The notes under the pieces are model-generated. The model saw nothing but the letters and a program-made list of their open reading frames with translations, did not search any database and had not been told where the DNA came from. A program made the position numbers and the translations under genes. 64,000 bases of DNA from Octopus vulgaris (Eukaryota), in NCBI GenBank assembly GCA_951406725.2, contig OX597828.1, positions 1,798,001 to 1,862,000 on the forward strand, written 5' to 3'. Of the stretch, positions 58,140-64,000 are shown piece by piece. Positions within the stretch are counted from its first letter, which is position 1, and each line of letters begins with the position of its first letter.

Positions 58140-59370
58140 CGAGAGAGAGAGAGAGAGAGAGAGAGTGAGAGTGAGTGAGAGAGAGAGAGGATATAAAGAA
58201 AATCAGGAGGTATGAGATGAATTTATTTCACCAGTTGATATCGGTAAGTTCATAATTGCTTCGCAGCCAACATCATGGGAAAATAATTTATTTTAATGTA
58301 TAATAAATTATTTTACATGTCTTCACTAATGCATATGCTATAAATTACCTATGCCGTTGTACATTTTACAAGCTAATATAACTATAGGAGCTAATACAAC
58401 AATAGAACTAGCTCTTCGGATCCACAAAATATCATGGTAACATCCATTCTTCAACTCCTATATATACACACATAAAAGCTATCTTCGAAATATTGTTTGG
58501 AAGACAATAATTAATAAAAACTGACTCTCTGTCTGTCTGTTTGTCTGTCTGTCTGCCTCTCTCTATTATACACTCCTAATGAAATGATCGTTTCAGATTT
58601 GATTTACTGAATTTCAACTACATACGACTTACATTACACCCCTATGTACTAGTTTACTACGTGGTCTACTAAAGGAGCTTTGTGTGAGCACCATTGAATT
58701 AAATAAATCCATATACTGTGCATTATAGATATATATAAGTTAGAGGATACATTAACCTCTTAAATGGATGATTACATCCAAGAAAACACTGGTTGTATAC
58801 CGTATGTCTTTGGGAAACAAAATTTCTCTAAATAAATAGGTATATATTAAGTATATAATCCATATTAAATTTAAGAGGAGAAAACGGATAATCATTTCTT
58901 CCCACAGCTATTTACATTTATACTTACTGGATAAATTACAAATTTATGCAGAAATTTGCATTTATAAGTTTTGAGCAAAATAAAATAAGAAGTAAAATAA
59001 AAAAAATAATAAAGTAAAAATGAAATAAGGAAATAAAATAGAATGAAAATAAAATAATGTAGAATAGAATATATACATATATAGATACATATGTACATAT
59101 GGACGTACATATATAAAATGTACATAAATATATACACACATATACATACATACACACTCATATATATAAAGAAGCTACATATGAACTTTTTATATTAATC
59201 CATGTCCATTGGTTGGAGTAATTTAAATTTGTGTACATACGGTTAAACGTTTCAGGAAAATATCTAATCATTGCGGTTTGTCAGTATATGCATATGTGCA
59301 GAATTATAAGGCAATAAAATCTTCACTGCTATAAGTAAATATATATATAATTAAATATATATATATATAT

Positions 59371-60033
59371 ATACAAGATAAGAAAATGGAGAAATACATC
59401 TAAATCAAATATCAATTACACGATAATACTCAATCACATACTTTATTAAACCACCACATAAGAGACTGTAGGGTTACATATAAAAAGCAGAACAAATCAG
59501 TGTACATACAGTAGTGTACATAAAAAAGTGTACATAAAAAAGTGTACATAAAAGAGTAATGATGTATAATAAGTAGAATATATATAAAAGAGAATATAAA
59601 TATAAGTAAATATAAATATAAGTATAGATTACAAGTATAGACTGATTTATATTACATAATCTCCGAAGAGGCCTTATGATATTTTTGTAAATGTCTCATT
59701 TATATCTATATATTGACATAGCATAAAAGGCTAATATTGGTAAAATGAGACATACTTATCTACATGGCCGAAACAGCTGTAAGATGTAATCTATACTTAT
59801 ATTTATATTTACTTATATTTATATTCTCTTTTATATATATTCTACTTATTATACATCATTACTCTTTTATGTACACTTTTTTATGTACACTACTGTATGT
59901 ACACTGATTTGTTCTGCTTTTTATATGTAACCCTACAGTCTCTTATGTGGTGGTTTAATAAAGTATGTGATTGAGTATTATCGTGTAATTGATATTTGAT
60001 TTAGATGTATTTCTCCATTTTCTTATCTTGTAT
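59371..60033. repeat. Near-perfect long inverted repeat: arms 59371-59633 and 59785-60033, 151-bp spacer
   Basis: Arms appear identical except one extra 14-bp gtgtacataaaaaa unit in the left arm. Confidence 0.96.
59651..59790 (+). ncRNA. Type I hammerhead ribozyme motif (CCGAAGA core) filling the foldback spacer
   Basis: ATTAC..ATCT-CCGAAGA-GGCC...(ATGTCTCATTT/AAATGAGACAT)...GGCC-GAAA-CAGCTG-TA-AGAT GTAAT; predicted cut after 59781. Confidence 0.82.
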
Positions 60034-60202
60034 TAGTAATTTGTGGTAAATCATTTTACCTTTGCCCATATGATACAGTAAATGAATTGATTGCATCGCA
60101 ATCATTAACATTTATGTATTAACTTTGTTGGGTACTTCACTAGCAGTATATTGGATATATGTTATCCCATGGAGAGTTGCATTTACAACCCCTATCTCAA
60201 TT

Positions 60203-60240
<38 letters not shown>

Positions 60241-60241
<1 letters not shown>

Positions 60242-60405
60242 GCGCAGGAGTGGCTGTGTGGTAAGTAGCTTGCCTACCAACCACATCGTTCCGGGTTCAG
60301 TCTCACTGCGTGGCATCTTGGGCAACTGTCTTCTACTATAGCCTCGGGCCGACCAAAGCCTTGTGAGTGGATTTGGTAGACGGAAACTGAAAGAAGCCCG
60401 TCGTA

Positions 60406-60467
<62 letters not shown>

Positions 60468-60690
60468 CGTGTATGTTTGTGTGTCTGTGTTTGTCACTCG
60501 CATTGCTTGACAACCGATGCTGGTGTGTTTATGTCCCCGTCACTTAGCGGTTCGGCAAAAGAGACCGATAGAGTAAGTACTGGGCTTACAAAGAATAAGT
60601 CCCGGGGTCGAGTTGCTCGACTAAAGGCGGTGCTCCAGCATGGCCGCAGTCAACTGACTGAAACAAGTAAAAGAGTAAAAGAGAAAGAGA
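60241..60690 (+). mobile_element. Full-length tRNA-derived SINE (family A) with internal (TA)n
   Basis: tggctgtgtgg A box, ggttcagtc B box, cttgggcaa core, gatagagtaagtac..ggggtcga block, (GTAAAAGA) tail. Confidence 0.93.
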
Positions 60691-60894
60691 ATAGTCAGTA
60701 ATAATAAAGAGCAAAATTAATTAATTAATTAGTAATTAATAATTTTACCAAGCAGTGTTCAGTATGTAAGAGGACCATTTACGGCAAATTTAAACATTAC
60801 TTTATATAATTAGGGTTCAGCAAAAAAATTTCCTTTACCACATACATACATACATACATACATACATACATACATACATACATACATACATGAT

Positions 60895-60988
<94 letters not shown>

Positions 60989-61043
60989 GTATATGGATAT
61001 GTATATGTATAAAAATATATATATATAATAACATTCACATAAA

Positions 61044-63297
61044 GCATAGGTATGTATTTCCCATATAACGAGCACGATGAATATAACTTTATTGTTTACA
61101 TTAGCGATAGATAGCGATCGGGTGCATTATGTCATCATAATTATATGTCATCATAATTATAAAAAAGTTACGGAATATTCTCAATACATAAGAATTTAGT
61201 TCATTTCTATTAATAAATTAATAAGTATTATTAATCATTGTTTATATCAACATAATATAATAGGCTGAATTTCAGTCTATTAACTGGCAAGCATGAACCT
61301 TTCCATAAATTATATACGAATTTAAGCTACATTTATTTCCTAAATAATCATCTAGGATCAATTAAAAATAATTTAGGGAAAAAGAATATCGTATTTATCA
61401 ACCAATGAAAACATATTTTATGAAACATGCAGATTATTACAACTTGGCCTTTGCCAAAGCTGGATATAGAGATAAGATACTGTACAATCGACCACATGAT
61501 AAAAATGTATATGATAGAAGTAATTATAATACAGGAATAAAAACTGAGAAGATTGGTAATTCAATTAAAGATAAATCTACAAGTAATGACAAACGGAGAT
61601 TTAATAAATTAGCTAGTAATAAACTAGAATGTGGTAATGATAATAAGCTTGAAATAAATAAACATCAACCTCTAAATGTAAAACAAATACTAAAGTACCT
61701 TATAAATCTAAGATAAATAATAAGCAACTTTTAGATAATTATGATTATTCTTGTAGTGACATACATAGATAATAAATCTGATAATAATAAATCGGTAATT
61801 TCCTTGAATACTCATACCCTTGATAATCCTGGTAATATTTGTAATACAAAAAAATAAACCACATACCCCTTCTATAAACTTGGCTAAACCAAAGATTATC
61901 TAAATACAAATTATCTAAAAACAACCCTCAGAAATCTAATACGATTTGGCTCATCGCCCCATATGCAATACAAATTAAAAAGAATTTAATGAAACCTATA
62001 TTCAGGTCTCTTTATAATCATTTTAATAAAGATAATGAATACAGTGAAATTATTAATCATAAATATTTCAGAGTTGGTCATAGTTTAACTCGCAATCTGT
62101 TCATGATTATATCAACTATTAATGACAAAAAATTAGATGATTTCTACAGTCATAGAATCATTTATTACAATAATTCATCACAACACAAAAAAAATCTTCC
62201 CAACCTAAATAATAATGCTAACAGCCATACATACGTTAATGATAGAAAGGAAATAACCCATATTAACTCCTCTCTTAACAATACTTTGAATAAATTTATA
62301 CATAAAGATGTAAATGAACCCTGTGACTATAAAGTTAAAATTAATTGTAAATTTAAAGATGTATGTAAGAAAGATAACTTAGTCTACCAATGTATCGTTG
62401 AATCTCAAGGAAAGAAATTCTATTTTATAGGGTCAAGAGAAAATAAAATTAAGATTAGGGTTGCTAACCATTTACAAAGCTTTAAAAATAGACATAAAAT
62501 GAACTCTACTGGATTAAGTAAGTTCATATGGGAAATTTTAAAGGATAGCTTTGGATGTAATCTTAGAGAGAAAATTCTTAGTTTTGCTCATTCATATAAA
62601 TTCTCAAACAAACAATGTGAGTTATGCACCGAAGAAGCATATAAAATCCTTACATCTACGAAGCATTTACTTAACCAAAGAAAAGAAAAAATCATCTTGT
62701 GTTCACATAGCGAAATACGTTTTCTCTAAGTATAATTAAACTATATACGTATTATAAGGTAATATTAAACTATATAATATTCATATAACATCATCCAATA
62801 TTTAGGAGGCATTTTACCTATTGATACAATAGTTTGAAATCAAGATTATTTTACCTATTGATATAATAGATTGAAATCAATATGTACCCATTTATTAGAA
62901 GAATTTCCTTAATCCATTTGACCATAAACTCTGCTAATATAATTCGCTTTTTCTATCTTTATATCTAACTGAATATGTTCGATTATATCTCTTATAATAC
63001 ATACTATATTCAGTTTTATTACCTTACATAAAAAAATTTTAAATTCTAATTAATAATAATTATTAATAAATTTATAGAGATTAACTTAATCATTATGAAT
63101 CGAATATGTTTCGTAACTATTTCTATAACTGTGCGTCATCATAATTGGTGTTGATAGAAAATTTACAGAATATTCTCAATGCATAATCAACACCAATTAT
63201 GATGACGTAATGCACAAATCTTTATCTATTGCTAATGTAAACAAATAATGTATATTCACTGTGATTGTTATATGAGAAATACATACCTATGTGCTAT
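61044..63297 (+). mobile_element. 5'-truncated Penelope-like element (Neptune-like) with inverted terminal pseudo-LTR segment
   Basis: RT-thumb remnants (TGKHEPFHK..NNH, DYYNLAFAKAGY) and a GIY-YIG ORF; 61044-61142 is a diverged reverse complement of ~63196-63292. Confidence 0.88.
61989..62729 (+). pseudogene. PLE GIY-YIG endonuclease domain
   Basis: CKFKDVCKKDNLVYQCIV...FIGS...RVANHLQSF...STGLSKFIW...CELCTEEA..I...LLNQRKE...CSH. Confidence 0.88.
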
Positions 63298-63519
63298 CAT
63301 TACACACGCACACACATACACAAAACACACACATGCACACACACACAGACCAGCGCGCACGCATATACCCCCCCACATATCTCCTTCTCTTGCACTCTCC
63401 TGTCTTTGAAAGAACTTTTTCTTCACACATTCCCTTCCGGTCATTCAATATGTGACCGCGTGTGTATCGTTGGCGATTTTTTCCTCCGTCTTCCCTTCCT
63501 TGGATCTTTCCTTTTCCTG

Positions 63520-63556
63520 AGTTTCTGACGAAGAGCTCTGCTCGAAACGTTAAATC
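63520..63556 (+). ncRNA. Minimal type I hammerhead motif in a PLE-type unit (~63370-63658) ending in (TA)n
   Basis: TTT-CTGACGA-A-GAGC TCT GCTC-GAAA-CG-TT-AAA; extra A after A9; ACGT palindrome suits a dimeric helix III. Confidence 0.78.
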
Positions 63557-63653
63557 CTCCTTCTTTCTTTCCTTTCCTGAGCGTCCAATAAGACTATACT
63601 TGTTCCACGTCCTCGCGTTGTTGTGCTTTCTCTTAGTGTTTTCATGTTTGGAT

Positions 63654-63702
<49 letters not shown>

Positions 63703-63736
63703 GAGACGAACTGTCGAGATGTTGTTAATCCCTTTA

Positions 63737-63840
63737 TATCATGAAGTCCTCTACATACATTTCGACGAGTGCACTCCAATATGTCTGGCAGGATAAATAA
63801 TGGTCAGTAGTGCACCACTCTCTTCAGGAGGTTTATGATA
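63737..63840 (-). ncRNA. Type I hammerhead ribozyme motif, intact core
   Basis: TATCAT..CCTC-CTGAAGA-GA..GTGCACT...AGTGCAC..TC-GAAA-TGTATG-TA-GAGG..ATGATA. Confidence 0.82.
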
Positions 63841-64000
63841 ACAAGCTCTTAAAAAAATTGTTAACCGAAAAAGAAAGTCCTACAAAATGTAACGCATATA
63901 TATTTATATGGACACAGGCGTCCACACTCAGACATGTGACGTGTAAATATAAACATTATATTCATACGAAAATACAAACGTATACAAACACATACATTCA

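Noticed and set aside
58320-58425. Minus-strand CCGAAGA-GCTA...TAGC hammerhead candidate
   Set aside because: No GAAA or cleavage triplet in register; too decayed to call.

Overview
Eukaryotic, AT-rich, microsatellite-saturated DNA. The repeat complement suggests a coleoid cephalopod, probably Octopus (inference from the SINE types and (TA)n/(TATG)n/(CA)n density, not verified). Most six-frame ORFs are microsatellite artefacts. Real content: (1) one probable host-gene first coding exon on the minus strand (45481-45058) with a signal-peptide-like end and a perfect phase-1 GTAAGT donor, inside a TE-poor island; (2) five full-length but disrupted Tc1/mariner elements with TIRs and TA target sites, plus fragments; (3) R4/Dong-type LINEs and a non-coding element stacked in one (TAA)n array; (4) RTE LINE fragments, two probable LTR remnants and many tRNA-derived SINEs; (5) many Penelope-like element (PLE) remnants carrying about 15 type I hammerhead ribozyme (HHR) motifs read by eye. 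Several HHRs have intact cores, long helix II insertions and palindromic helix III, and a CCGANGA (U4C) core recurs. One HHR sits in the loop of a near-perfect ~250-bp foldback whose arm starts just after the predicted cleavage site. All alignments and folds were done by eye; boundaries of decayed elements are approximate.
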